From: Thermoplasmata archaeon
GTDB lineage: Archaea > Thermoplasmatota > Thermoplasmata > Lutacidiplasmatales > SKW197
Reading direction: 5' to 3'
Assembly: GCA_049970095.1 (NCBI GenBank)
Contig: JBMFNP010000002.1
Location: 4,143 to 68,142 of the forward strand
Length of the DNA stretch: 64,000 nt
Shown here: piece after piece, positions 48,118-57,650 of the stretch
How the letters are laid out: every line of letters starts with the position of its first letter
How positions within the stretch are numbered: the stretch's first letter is position 1
Made by a program: the position numbers and the translations under genes
The notes under the pieces: generated by a model
Told to the model about the DNA's origin: nothing
Database searches by the model: none
What the model saw: only the letters and a program-made list of their open reading frames with translations

Positions 48118-50484
48118 TCACATGGATTGCGCCTGGTTAGCATGCAAGCGCTTCTTCCTCAATGAAATCCAGATTACAGTAATCAGCAGAAATCCCAGAA
48201 TACCCGTGTTTTCGTTTACTGGCTGTGTCACAGTGATTGTGAAATTATTTACATTGTTTGCTTCATCGATCTCCCCTATGCGATTCCCTGGGTCTGCATA
48301 AACTGAGAGGTTGTGCATTCCATAGGTTCCAAACCAGTAAAATGTAACCTCCATGGTGCTTCCCTGGGGGATTGATGGAATTGTAATCTCACTCATCTTA
48401 ACACCATCTACAATTAAGTACACAAGCACATCTTCTGCATCACTAATACCAGAATTCTGGATCTGTGCGGTAATTGTTATATTATCTCCCTCTACAGGAT
48501 TTTGCGGGTTAAAATTCACACGCTCCACTATAAGATCTGGGTATGCTAAATTGATTTCCGCTACATTGTTGTTTTCATTAGATTCAGGTACCTTGTTTCT
48601 TTCATCAAGCACAACCCTTATTTTAGAAGGACTACTTGAAAAATAGATGCTAAAACTCAAGTTCTTGGATTCACTGACATTTAGAAAATTAACCATTTTT
48701 GTAGAGAGAAGCACATCATCCGCATAAACATTCACCCGAATTTTTGATGCCCAGTAATTACCAGAATTTCTTACTGTTATGTTCACAGTGGAGTTTTTCT
48801 GTGCAGGAGGATAAGGCGGAATTACATCTGCAGAGGTGATTACAAGATCAGGGTTGTATGGCTGGTGATGGAACGCATAGTATATCTGCTCCACATCAAA
48901 TGTGAGATTTGCATTTGTAGAGTTGCGCATTGTATCAAAAAACACTCTGTCATCGCATGTGAATACAGGGTCAAGATTGTATGGAGTAATGCCATCTGGA
49001 AATTTTGACGAAAGCCAGGCATCAAATTCCTGGTCAGTCATGTTCTGAACAGTAGCATTATTCATGTGTTCCTTGAGAAAAGTTTTGTTAAGTTTTGCTG
49101 CCTCTGTAAGCCAGTATGATATCTCTGCAAAAGTTTCATTGCCCAGAGGTACACTTGTGTTTGTGATGTCTATCGCTTTCTGAACCCCACAAGGGCCTGT
49201 GATTACCTCAAAGTCACCGGGCTTAAGTATGCTCATATATTCTACATCCCCATATACTGCCTCTCCATTGATAAGCACAATCTTCACATCTTTTTCCGTA
49301 GAGTTCAGAAGAGATATATATGGATCATTGTCCAATTTACCAAAAACTGAGATATCAGCGTAAAGTCCTGCTGCAATGTGCCCAACAAAATTGTCCCAAC
49401 CAATTGAAATTGCAGGGGCTCTTGTTACCATCTGCACAATATCCTTCGGTGTAAATATCCCATGCCAGTACTCATCTGCATACTCATACAGGTACTTCAT
49501 CTCAAGAAGAATATTTTTGCCACCACTTGGTGACCAGTCTGTAGTTAATGCAATATTCACACCACACTGTTTTGCAAGAGATACATTTGTGGTTGTGCCA
49601 TACAGAAGGAGATTTGAAATCGGGGAATGATAAATCCATGCACCCACTGCAGCCATCTCCGTGAAATTCTGTGCAGAGAGTGGAATTCCATGAACTATTC
49701 TGGTGGCATATGTAAGAAGCCCGATGGATTTCAGGTATGCAAATTCATTGAGTGAAGAGTTGTCCACTCCCTCCGCAAGGTGAACAATCCAGGCATCAAT
49801 TGTATGGTTTTCCATTGCACTCCTGAGGGAATCTATTTCGCTCTGGCTGATTGAAGTGATGCTTGTTACACGGGTTCTCACCCTGTCCTGCCCAAAATTG
49901 TAGTGTTCTACATTTCTAGCCAGAATTTTTGTGATTGAGTTAAGATTATCACTCCCTTCAACGCTAGTAGCACCACCGGCAATGTGCTTTATCTCTGCCC
50001 ACTTTGAGACCTCACTAACCATGTTAAGGTAAGATGTGCCGGTAAGCAAATTCTTCGGATTTGTAATATTTGGTTTGTACAAAGGGTGATTCTGCCACTG
50101 GTACCTATTTGAAAATTTACCAGGTACATTCCATAATGGCATGAAATTATATGAGAGATGGTCATGCACATTCATCAACCCAGGAAAAATATATCCTCCA
50201 GTGTATATCTCAAGCGCACCAGTGTATTCTGGTGGAGCGGTGTTATTTGCACCTACATACACAATTTTTGAGGCATTTACTATCACAATCCCGTCATCAA
50301 TTAAAGTAAAATTGTCATCCATAGTGACTACTGTACCATGCAAAATCAAACCTAGCGAAAGGTTCCCTTTCACAGTATTTTTCTCAGTAGTTTCTGGATA
50401 TTTACTAGATACAAGCCCAACAGAGAAGCCGAGCACCATCCACAAACACAGAGCGAAGGTAAATATGATGTGTCCTTTTTTCAT
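48118..50484 (-). CDS. secreted amidohydrolase-family metallohydrolase with C-terminal CARDB-like domains and TM anchor
   Basis: Signal peptide. HxH motif GLMNVHDHL. Two CARDB-like segments (VNITVRNSGNYWASKIRVNVY..., ITITAQIQNSGISDAEDVLVYL...). C-terminal GILGFLLITVIWISLRKKR. Confidence 0.75.
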   Translation of the reverse strand: MKKGHIIFTFALCLWMVLGFSVGLVSSKYPETTEKNTVKGNLSLGLILHGTVVTMDDNFTLIDDGIVIVNASKIVYVGANNTAPPEYTGALEIYTGGYIFPGLMNVHDHLSYNFMPLWNVPGKFSNRYQWQNHPLYKPNITNPKNLLTGTSYLNMVSEVSKWAEIKHIAGGATSVEGSDNLNSITKILARNVEHYNFGQDRVRTRVTSITSISQSEIDSLRSAMENHTIDAWIVHLAEGVDNSSLNEFAYLKSIGLLTYATRIVHGIPLSAQNFTEMAAVGAWIYHSPISNLLLYGTTTNVSLAKQCGVNIALTTDWSPSGGKNILLEMKYLYEYADEYWHGIFTPKDIVQMVTRAPAISIGWDNFVGHIAAGLYADISVFGKLDNDPYISLLNSTEKDVKIVLINGEAVYGDVEYMSILKPGDFEVITGPCGVQKAIDITNTSVPLGNETFAEISYWLTEAAKLNKTFLKEHMNNATVQNMTDQEFDAWLSSKFPDGITPYNLDPVFTCDDRVFFDTMRNSTNANLTFDVEQIYYAFHHQPYNPDLVITSADVIPPYPPAQKNSTVNITVRNSGNYWASKIRVNVYADDVLLSTKMVNFLNVSESKNLSFSIYFSSSPSKIRVVLDERNKVPESNENNNVAEINLAYPDLIVERVNFNPQNPVEGDNITITAQIQNSGISDAEDVLVYLIVDGVKMSEITIPSIPQGSTMEVTFYWFGTYGMHNLSVYADPGNRIGEIDEANNVNNFTITVTQPVNENTGILGFLLITVIWISLRKKRLHANQAQSM

Positions 50485-50535
50485 GATTATCCCAGATATA
50501 ACATATGGAAATAACAGTATATAATACTTTTTGTG

Positions 50536-50620
50536 TAGGGGTGATGTAGAGATTTTGGTAGGTACTACAAGAATTTTTCCGGAAAATTTTAAGATAACCT
50601 ATACATTTTTCAACTCCCCC
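50536..50620. repeat. short inverted-repeat element, copy B; contains 12-nt palindrome TTTTCCGGAAAA
   Basis: ggggtgatgtagagattttggtaggtactac...ggaaaattttaagataacctatacatttttcaactccccc. It lies immediately upstream of the FKBP gene TATA. Confidence 0.6.
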
Positions 50621-50673
50621 AAGCAAGCGATAAAATTATATTATAAAACTGTATCAACCACCTCGTGATTTCC

Positions 50674-51528
50674 ATGTCAGAAGAAAAATCCGTACATGAA
50701 ACTCCAAATGCTGCAAGGGAACACAGATTCAAAGATGGAGATTTCATACTATTGAATATGGACATATTCACCTACTCCCCCGAAGGCAAAGAACACCTTG
50801 CGATAACTACATCAAAAGAACTTGCTGAGCGAGAAAAGATATACAACCCAGAGTTAGAATATAAACCTGAGATTGTGTGTTTTGGGAGGACAAAACTTCT
50901 CCCCAAATTGGAAGAAATTCTCAGGGATGCAGAAACTGGCAAGAATTATGAGGTAATTCTGGAACCGAATGATGCCTATGGCGAGAGAAAACCAGATGCC
51001 ATAAGAACATTTCCCCTGAACCAGATTCTAAATCTCCCAGAATTTCGGGAGGGCAAGGAAACGCTTGAAGTAGGAAAGACAATCAAAATCAGAGATGAAA
51101 ATGGGATCCAGAGAGAAGGAAAAGTGGTTACAATCACTGCTGGTAGAGTGCGAATTGATTTCAATCACCCATATGCAGGAAAAAAGATGAAATTCAATTT
51201 TAGAGTTGAAAAAGTGCTTCACACCGAAACCGAAAAAATTCTCGCCCTAATAGATATGATTTATGGAAAATCAGAAAACTTTGTGGTTGAAATTCATGGG
51301 GTGGATACAAAAATCAAGGTTCCAGAACGTGCGATGCTGGATTTCAACTGGGTGACCGCAAAAGTTAGGTTAATCCAGGAAATTAAACAGAGATTCAAAA
51401 CAAAGAAGGTGATTTTTATTGAAGAGTATGTGTTAAGAAAAGAAGAAAATGAGAATATGGAAAAAGAAAAGCCAGAGGAGAAAAACACGGAAACCACAGA
51501 AAACATTTCCAAAGAAAACACCAAATAA
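50674..51528 (+). CDS. long-type archaeal FKBP peptidyl-prolyl cis-trans isomerase
   Basis: IYNPELEYKPEIVCFGRTKLLPKLEEILRDAETGKNYEVILEPNDAYGERKPD matches the FKBP/IF-domain consensus. A C-terminal extension and a Glu/Lys-rich tail follow. Confidence 0.65.
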   Translation: MSEEKSVHETPNAAREHRFKDGDFILLNMDIFTYSPEGKEHLAITTSKELAEREKIYNPELEYKPEIVCFGRTKLLPKLEEILRDAETGKNYEVILEPNDAYGERKPDAIRTFPLNQILNLPEFREGKETLEVGKTIKIRDENGIQREGKVVTITAGRVRIDFNHPYAGKKMKFNFRVEKVLHTETEKILALIDMIYGKSENFVVEIHGVDTKIKVPERAMLDFNWVTAKVRLIQEIKQRFKTKKVIFIEEYVLRKEENENMEKEKPEEKNTETTENISKENTK

Positions 51529-51621
51529 AAGATAGACAAAGAGTTTTCATAATATTCGTTTTTCAAATTTTTATTTTCACAACCAAAAACTTAATTAAAC
51601 CCTTTGGTATAAGAGTAACTC

Positions 51622-52686
51622 ATGAGGAGAAAGGAACTACTTACAAGCAAAGAAAAATTTGCTCTGTATTATCTAGTGAAATATCCGATCTCACCAGATC
51701 GTGAACTTGCAGAAAGAACAAAACTGAAACTCTCGACTGTGACTGCAATAAGACGGCGACTGCGAGCGATGGGATTATACAGAGGGATAAATATTGGCCT
51801 CCTGACCAACCTGGGTGCAGAACTGCTGACCGTCAGTTATGGCACACTGGACCGCCTGGTAAAAGGTGTAGATGAAAGCTTTTACAAAGGGATAGGTGCT
51901 AACACTTTTTACATGTGCACTGATGGGTTGCATGAACTGGCAATAGGGTATGAAAGGAACTACACGACTGCTAGGAAGAACATAGACATCTTCACAAATG
52001 AAGCAAAGGCAAAAGGGCTCTCGCTTAACAACTGGAATACGCTCTTTTTCCCTGCAGAAACTACTTACATATTCCGCCTCTTTGACTACTCTCCCATAGT
52101 GAGAACCCTGTATGATGTGGACATAAGTGCCGCCGAAAGAAAAATCAAGCCATTTAAGCTGTATTCTCCAAGAGAAAAACCTGAGCTCACAAAGAAGGAG
52201 AAGATAGGTTTTGCTGGATTCCTTGCCGTCCCAGAAGGCACAGATGTGGAGGTATCTAACAAGTCAGGACTTTCCAGACAGGCAGTGGCATCTATGAGAC
52301 GGAGATTCACCGGGAGTATACTACTCCCGATCAGAGATATTGCACTTGATAAATTAGGACTGGAACTCCTTGTACTTACCCACGACAGATTTAACCTCGG
52401 AATGGACATTGAGAAAAAGATTGAGACAATTGCTGACTCCATATCGGATTTCCCAGCATTCTTTGCAGTTGCAAATAATTCTGATGCAATTTATCTTTCA
52501 GCCCACAGAAGTTACAGTGATTACATAGAGGCACACAAGAAGCGGGTTGCAACGATTGTTAAATCCAGCTCAAAGATGATAGACAGTACAACCACGGTAC
52601 TCTACTCTCTCAGACATCTCTCAATGGTAAAGGACTTTGCATTCCTAGAAATAGCAGGAGCAATGCTGGGACTTCCAAAACTTTAA
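51622..52686 (+). CDS. predicted transcription regulator with two tandem Lrp/AsnC-like modules; paralog of 34429..35544
   Basis: wHTH 1 is ELAERTKLKLSTVTAIRRRLRAMG followed by IGLLTNLGAELLTVSYG. wHTH 2 is SNKSGLSRQAVASMRRRF followed by IALDKLGLELLVLTHD. Shared FFPAETTYIFRLFDYS motif. Confidence 0.55.
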   Translation: MRRKELLTSKEKFALYYLVKYPISPDRELAERTKLKLSTVTAIRRRLRAMGLYRGINIGLLTNLGAELLTVSYGTLDRLVKGVDESFYKGIGANTFYMCTDGLHELAIGYERNYTTARKNIDIFTNEAKAKGLSLNNWNTLFFPAETTYIFRLFDYSPIVRTLYDVDISAAERKIKPFKLYSPREKPELTKKEKIGFAGFLAVPEGTDVEVSNKSGLSRQAVASMRRRFTGSILLPIRDIALDKLGLELLVLTHDRFNLGMDIEKKIETIADSISDFPAFFAVANNSDAIYLSAHRSYSDYIEAHKKRVATIVKSSSKMIDSTTTVLYSLRHLSMVKDFAFLEIAGAMLGLPKL

Positions 52687-52688
52687 AC

Positions 52689-53189
52689 CTATTTTTGGTC
52701 GCTTTTTCCCTTTTTTTCACTCTCTTCTTTTAACATTTCCACTTCTACATGGACACCTTCAGACTTTACTACCTTCACCTTTGCCCCTGCAGGAATTCTG
52801 TATGGGGCGGTGGCACTCCATGTGTCATGGTTAATCTTCACCTTTCCTTTCAAAGAGTTGGGAATAACATCCACAGTGACTATTCCTGTTTTTCCAACAA
52901 GTGAACTTCCTGTGGTGGTAGTGGGCAATTCGGGCTTACCCAAACTCCTGTAGAAATAAAGTGTGATTATTGTTGTAGGAATCGCAGTACAGAGCACAAT
53001 TAAAGGTGCCCAGATTGTTGTGAACATTTCAGGCCAGATGATTCCAATTCCTCCGAGGACTATCAACACCACACCTGGAACTATAAGGAAACCACCTGGC
53101 AGCATTGTTTCTGCAAGCACAAGCCCTATTCCAGAAAAAAGCAATATCCAACCAATTAGATCCAGTCCAATGGTCACTTCTGCGCTCAT
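52689..53189 (-). CDS. NfeD-like membrane protein (short form, C-terminal OB-fold)
   Basis: Three N-terminal TM helices. C-terminal GKTGIVTVDVIPNSLKGKVKINHDTWSATAPYRIPAGAKVKVVKSEGVHVEV is typical of the NfeD beta-barrel. Confidence 0.65.
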   Translation of the reverse strand: MSAEVTIGLDLIGWILLFSGIGLVLAETMLPGGFLIVPGVVLIVLGGIGIIWPEMFTTIWAPLIVLCTAIPTTIITLYFYRSLGKPELPTTTTGSSLVGKTGIVTVDVIPNSLKGKVKINHDTWSATAPYRIPAGAKVKVVKSEGVHVEVEMLKEESEKKGKSDQK

Positions 53190-53263
53190 GCTTTATACTA
53201 ATGCATTCCTTTATTTTAATGTTTTTACGGAAGTACAAACCCCTTTTTCCCAGCCAGTAATTT

Positions 53264-54742
53264 TCAAAGTATTGGCACAAACTCCACATCGTCCACATAT
53301 TCTCTTGGAATTCTGCGCACCCAGTATGTGCCAGTTCTTCGCTTTATTCCAGTTATGAATGTGAGCCCATTTCGTTCACTCAATCGCACATGAGATTTGC
53401 AGATTGCAGAAGCCGGAATGTTGAGCTTCCCGTTCAATTTTGTGCACAGAAACAAAATGTCCTGCTTTTCCCTTGCATGCTCCACCAGAACCATCAGCAC
53501 TTCCATCAACTCCTCCCGTCTGTATATGGATTCCTGTGTGTCCAGCCCCACCGCAAGCAGGAAAGGTTTTTTTGAATTTTTCAGCAATTCGTTATAATTA
53601 TCTACCCAGATTTGATAGTCTTCCATGCTGTTCTTGGAGGGTAATCTCACAATATGTTTTTCTGAAGAAATCTCATGAGCTTTGAGAAAAATTCGCAGGT
53701 GCTCTATATTTTCGCCTGCAAGTTTGATAACTGGTGCAAGATGTTTCAATGTCATGGAAACAGGAGGTATGAGCATCACCCCATGCCCCTGATGCAGAAA
53801 ATTTGAAACTGGAGACAAAATAAACGGGTTCACACTTTCCTCAGGAACTGTGGGCTCTCCTTCAATAAAAACTATTTCTCCAGGCATTATCTCTTCAAAA
53901 AATCCATCTAGGGCATTCATGCCTGTTGAGTAATGTCCTACTGTATGCTTTACAGGTGTCCACCGATGCATTTTCTCCTTTCGCTTGCTTTCTCCCAGCA
54001 CATAGAATCTTCCATCCAGTAATGTAAACAGGTAGTAAGGTTTTTCAATTTTAACTCCTCGCATTTTCTTTATGCCCATTTCTCGAATGTAGCCCATGCC
54101 AAATCTTTCCATGCTGAGTGAAATTATTCCATCCACCAAATAGTCCACTGGTGTTGGACCCTCACTTTCCACAATTATAATCAGGCGCACATCTGTTTGC
54201 TCCACAAGGTCCTTCTGCAGCACCTCCACAAGTTTCAGATACGGAACTCTGTATTTCTCACCCAGTCCATCTATGCTGTCAATCACGACCATGCACCTGT
54301 GCGGAAGCATGGACTGAATTCTATCATAGAGATTCTCAATCTCGGGTACCTCAACCTCCTGGCTTAATCTGAGAAGATTTGTTCTGTACTCAACTCCCTT
54401 TTTTTCCACATTTCCCAGTGTGTTCAGAATTTCTCTTGCTTTCACCACCTTCCTATCAGGTAAATCCCTCTTTTCTGGCACAATCTCCCTCAAAAAGTCC
54501 TTTGTGGTGTCAATTAATCTATCTCTCCACTCTTTTTCCTTCAACCATTTGAACTGGGAAAATAGTGCGTCGTCAGAAATTCTGGTTGAGATGTAAAAAC
54601 TGTGGTCAACATCAATCAGTTCTTCAATTGCCTGCAGTGCCAAAGTGGTTTTTCCACTGCCTGGAGACCCTTTGATAAGCAAAGACCTGCCAGCACCCTG
54701 TCGGAAAAATTCCCATACTTCTTTCGGTAAACTCGCCCGCAT
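53264..54742 (-). CDS. KaiC-like RecA-superfamily ATPase, two-domain (active N-domain + Walker-A-less C-domain); paralog A
   Basis: Walker A GSPGSGKTTLALQ and Walker B MVVIDSIDG. The second domain keeps GMNALDGFF...IVFIEGEP but has no P-loop. Start chosen by homology to paralog B, with TATA tttaaatatt ~37 nt upstream. Confidence 0.7.
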   Translation of the reverse strand: MRASLPKEVWEFFRQGAGRSLLIKGSPGSGKTTLALQAIEELIDVDHSFYISTRISDDALFSQFKWLKEKEWRDRLIDTTKDFLREIVPEKRDLPDRKVVKAREILNTLGNVEKKGVEYRTNLLRLSQEVEVPEIENLYDRIQSMLPHRCMVVIDSIDGLGEKYRVPYLKLVEVLQKDLVEQTDVRLIIIVESEGPTPVDYLVDGIISLSMERFGMGYIREMGIKKMRGVKIEKPYYLFTLLDGRFYVLGESKRKEKMHRWTPVKHTVGHYSTGMNALDGFFEEIMPGEIVFIEGEPTVPEESVNPFILSPVSNFLHQGHGVMLIPPVSMTLKHLAPVIKLAGENIEHLRIFLKAHEISSEKHIVRLPSKNSMEDYQIWVDNYNELLKNSKKPFLLAVGLDTQESIYRREELMEVLMVLVEHAREKQDILFLCTKLNGKLNIPASAICKSHVRLSERNGLTFITGIKRRTGTYWVRRIPREYVDDVEFVPIL

Positions 54743-54905
54743 CTTTTCACATCCCGTGTACCCTGAGATTTTCATAATATTTAAACTCACCTTGTTTTTT
54801 AGATGGCTCTTTCCCTGCAATCTCTTCATTGGAACTCCAAAAACAGGCACAGAAGCGAAAGATTATAAATATGATTGTAATATAGGGATAGTAAGGGGTG
54901 TCCAA
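54743..54905. promoter_or_regulatory. bidirectional promoter region of the divergent KaiC-like paralogs (two back-to-back TATA boxes)
   Basis: TATA-like tttaaatatt (minus orientation, ~54776-54785) and attataaat (54862-54870). Each is ~35-44 nt from its ATG. Confidence 0.55.
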
Positions 54906-56423
54906 ATGGCTAAACAGATATCTATCCCTGAAGAAATCGTAGAATTCTTCCAGAAGCCTGGTGGCAGATCTCTGATGGTAAAAGGTGGTGCAGGTACAGG
55001 TAAGACCACATTTGCCCTTCAACTGCTTGAGGAACTGGCAGAACCGGATAAATCATTCTATCTCTCTACCAGAGTGTCAGATGAGGCTCTCTATAATCAG
55101 TTTCCCTGGCTTAAAGAGAAGGAAATGCGAGGACGCATTATTGATTCCTCAAGAATCTTACTTGAAGCACTATACAAGCCCTCGGAGGAAGAAGAACAGA
55201 AAGTACCACCTGAGGAAGAGCAGAGGCTAGAAACTGCAAAAGAATTTTTGAAAGCAATATCCCAGGAAAGAGGGCCTCCCACAAAGGTGGACAGAACAAG
55301 ATTAACTGTGTTACTGGAACAGAACAGAATGCCTGAGATAGAAAGAATTTACACAAGAATTGAACATGTTCTTCCAGATAAGGCAACGCTCGTGATAGAT
55401 AGCGTTGAAGGTATTACTCACAAATATGGAATAGAAATGGAAGAATTTGTAATGACTATCCAGAAGGATCTTGTAGAAAATTCAAACACCAATGTGGTTT
55501 TTGTTTTGGAAAAACCTGAGGCTGGAGGGCTAGAATATCTTGTTGATGGCTTGATCACACTCAGCCGCGGGGAAATTGAAAGGAAAAGGGTAAGACATGT
55601 GACACTTGAAAAATTGAGGGCAACAGAAATTAAACAGCCATATTATCTGCTCACTCTCAGAAATGGAAGATTCACAAGTTTCACACCATATTACCCACCT
55701 GTGAGCCAGAAAGAATGGAATATCCAGTATGACAAAGAAAATTACTACAGCACAGGGATACCTGATATGGACAGGATTCTGAATGGCGGCTTTAGAAAGG
55801 GCTCATACAATGTGTTTGAAATTGCTGACAATGTGGGCAGTGAGGAATACAACTCTGTGCTCATTCCTGTGATGCTCAACTTTCTGAAGCAGGAAAGAGG
55901 TATTATCGCAGTGCTCCCTGGTGGTGAGCACCCAGAAAGTTTCAAGAAGGAACTTACAAGGTACATCTCTGAGGAACTGTTTAACAAGTATGTTAGAATT
56001 GCTGACTATTTCTCAGCTACGAGCCCCTATCCGTATGTGATGCCACTGGCAAAAACCCGCGAAGAAATGATCCGTACATGGCGTGAAAATGAAATGGCAA
56101 TAAGGGGTAAGGAAAACAAGCCAATAATAGAATACACAGGCTTTGATGCGCTGGAGTACATCCAGGGTGATGCGCCTGCAATCAAGAGTTTGTTCAGTGG
56201 CGTTGCGAGAATAAAGGTTTCCAAGGACATTGGTATTGGGCTGATAAAACCTGGATTGAAGGTTACACAGGAAATAATTAATATGGCAGACACATATTTC
56301 AAGGTTCTGGATATTGACAGAACACCCTGTATTTTCGGAGTAAAACCAAGGACCATTATCTATGCGATAGTGGCGGACGAACTTCTGGGTACACCAAACA
56401 TCAAGTTTGTGCCAATAGTGTAA
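54906..56423 (+). CDS. KaiC-like RecA-superfamily ATPase, two-domain; paralog B
   Basis: Walker A GGAGTGKTTFALQ and Walker B LVIDSVEG. Second domain GIPDMDRILNGGFRKGSYNVFEIAD without a P-loop. TATA attataaat ~40 nt upstream with an AGGGGTG RBS. C-terminal KFVPIV versus EFVPIL in paralog A. Confidence 0.7.
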   Translation: MAKQISIPEEIVEFFQKPGGRSLMVKGGAGTGKTTFALQLLEELAEPDKSFYLSTRVSDEALYNQFPWLKEKEMRGRIIDSSRILLEALYKPSEEEEQKVPPEEEQRLETAKEFLKAISQERGPPTKVDRTRLTVLLEQNRMPEIERIYTRIEHVLPDKATLVIDSVEGITHKYGIEMEEFVMTIQKDLVENSNTNVVFVLEKPEAGGLEYLVDGLITLSRGEIERKRVRHVTLEKLRATEIKQPYYLLTLRNGRFTSFTPYYPPVSQKEWNIQYDKENYYSTGIPDMDRILNGGFRKGSYNVFEIADNVGSEEYNSVLIPVMLNFLKQERGIIAVLPGGEHPESFKKELTRYISEELFNKYVRIADYFSATSPYPYVMPLAKTREEMIRTWRENEMAIRGKENKPIIEYTGFDALEYIQGDAPAIKSLFSGVARIKVSKDIGIGLIKPGLKVTQEIINMADTYFKVLDIDRTPCIFGVKPRTIIYAIVADELLGTPNIKFVPIV

Positions 56424-56434
56424 TCTTGAGGCAC

Positions 56435-57604
56435 TTATATTCGCTGGTAAAGTAATGCAGAAACTACCACTGAAACGGATGCGATCGCCGTGACTGCAAG
56501 TAAGCTCAAGTTGAAGGATGCGGCAATTATTCCAAGTAGATTTAGCATCATAAGAACGCCAGCAATTCCCCTTCCTGTGTTATAAACAAAAGATGTTCCT
56601 GTTGTTCTAACATCTTCTTTGAAAATTTCTGTGAATGCGGGACCGAAACCAGCAAAAAACCCACATGCAAACTGGAGGGCAAGCAAACATCCCAGCACAG
56701 TCATGGGATTTCGCACGATAAACAAAACTAACAAGAGTGCAATCACAAATACGGCAGTGTAGAACATAAAAATCTGTTTTCTCCCGAATTTATCTGAAAG
56801 ATAGCCAAAAAGGATGTGTCCAGTGCCATTTGTGATTGAAGAGAGCCCTATGAAGAGAAACATCTGGTCTGGAGTGAGAATTCCCGAGGAAACAAGTTCT
56901 CTGGGAAGCCATGTCCATACAATGTAGAATGCATACATACCCAGAATAGATACTCCTAGCGCCTTTGCAAGTGGTTTCAATGCCACACTTCTCAGCGCCT
57001 TTCTAAAACTGTAAACTTTGGGAGGGATGTGCGGCACATTATAGTAAACATACCCAGCAAGGAAGAGGGCAAACATGCCTACAAGAAAAGAATATCTCCA
57101 ACCAGCTGTGCTTGCAATGAAGATTGCAGAGATTGCTGCTAGTCCTACACCAAAACTCCAGCCTGATTGTAAAACTCCAAAGCCGAGCCCCTTGTGCTCT
57201 TTGCCAAGAACATCGTTTAGCAGCGATGAACTGATACCCCATTCTCCCCCAATTGCAAGGCCTGCGACAAATCTGGCAACCAATAATGAGAGCCAGTCAA
57301 ACGAGAAAAATATCAGAAGTGCGGAGATTGCATAAACTATGAAATCCAGTGTGAGGGCTTCCCTTTTTCCAATTTTATCTGCAAAAATCCCAAAAAGCAC
57401 TCCTCCAACAGCGGTGGTTGCGAGCTGGACACCAAAGATAATAGAGTATGTCGTAGTTGTGACATTAAGCGCCGGAAGAATATATATGCTGAGGATTGAG
57501 AAGAGCACAATATCATATGCATCAAAAATCCACCCAGCAGTTGAGATGAAGAGCGTACAGTTTACATGTTTTTTAGAAAATGTGCACTGGCTGTTTCTGC
57601 TCAT
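56435..57604 (-). CDS. MFS-family transporter
   Basis: About 12 TM helices and an MFS-like N-terminal loop. Start trimmed to MSRNSQ. Confidence 0.75.
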   Translation of the reverse strand: MSRNSQCTFSKKHVNCTLFISTAGWIFDAYDIVLFSILSIYILPALNVTTTTYSIIFGVQLATTAVGGVLFGIFADKIGKREALTLDFIVYAISALLIFFSFDWLSLLVARFVAGLAIGGEWGISSSLLNDVLGKEHKGLGFGVLQSGWSFGVGLAAISAIFIASTAGWRYSFLVGMFALFLAGYVYYNVPHIPPKVYSFRKALRSVALKPLAKALGVSILGMYAFYIVWTWLPRELVSSGILTPDQMFLFIGLSSITNGTGHILFGYLSDKFGRKQIFMFYTAVFVIALLLVLFIVRNPMTVLGCLLALQFACGFFAGFGPAFTEIFKEDVRTTGTSFVYNTGRGIAGVLMMLNLLGIIAASFNLSLLAVTAIASVSVVVSALLYQRI

Positions 57605-57650
57605 ATTTGCACCAGAATCAAGGGGATTTAAATCCCTATTGACAAAATAA

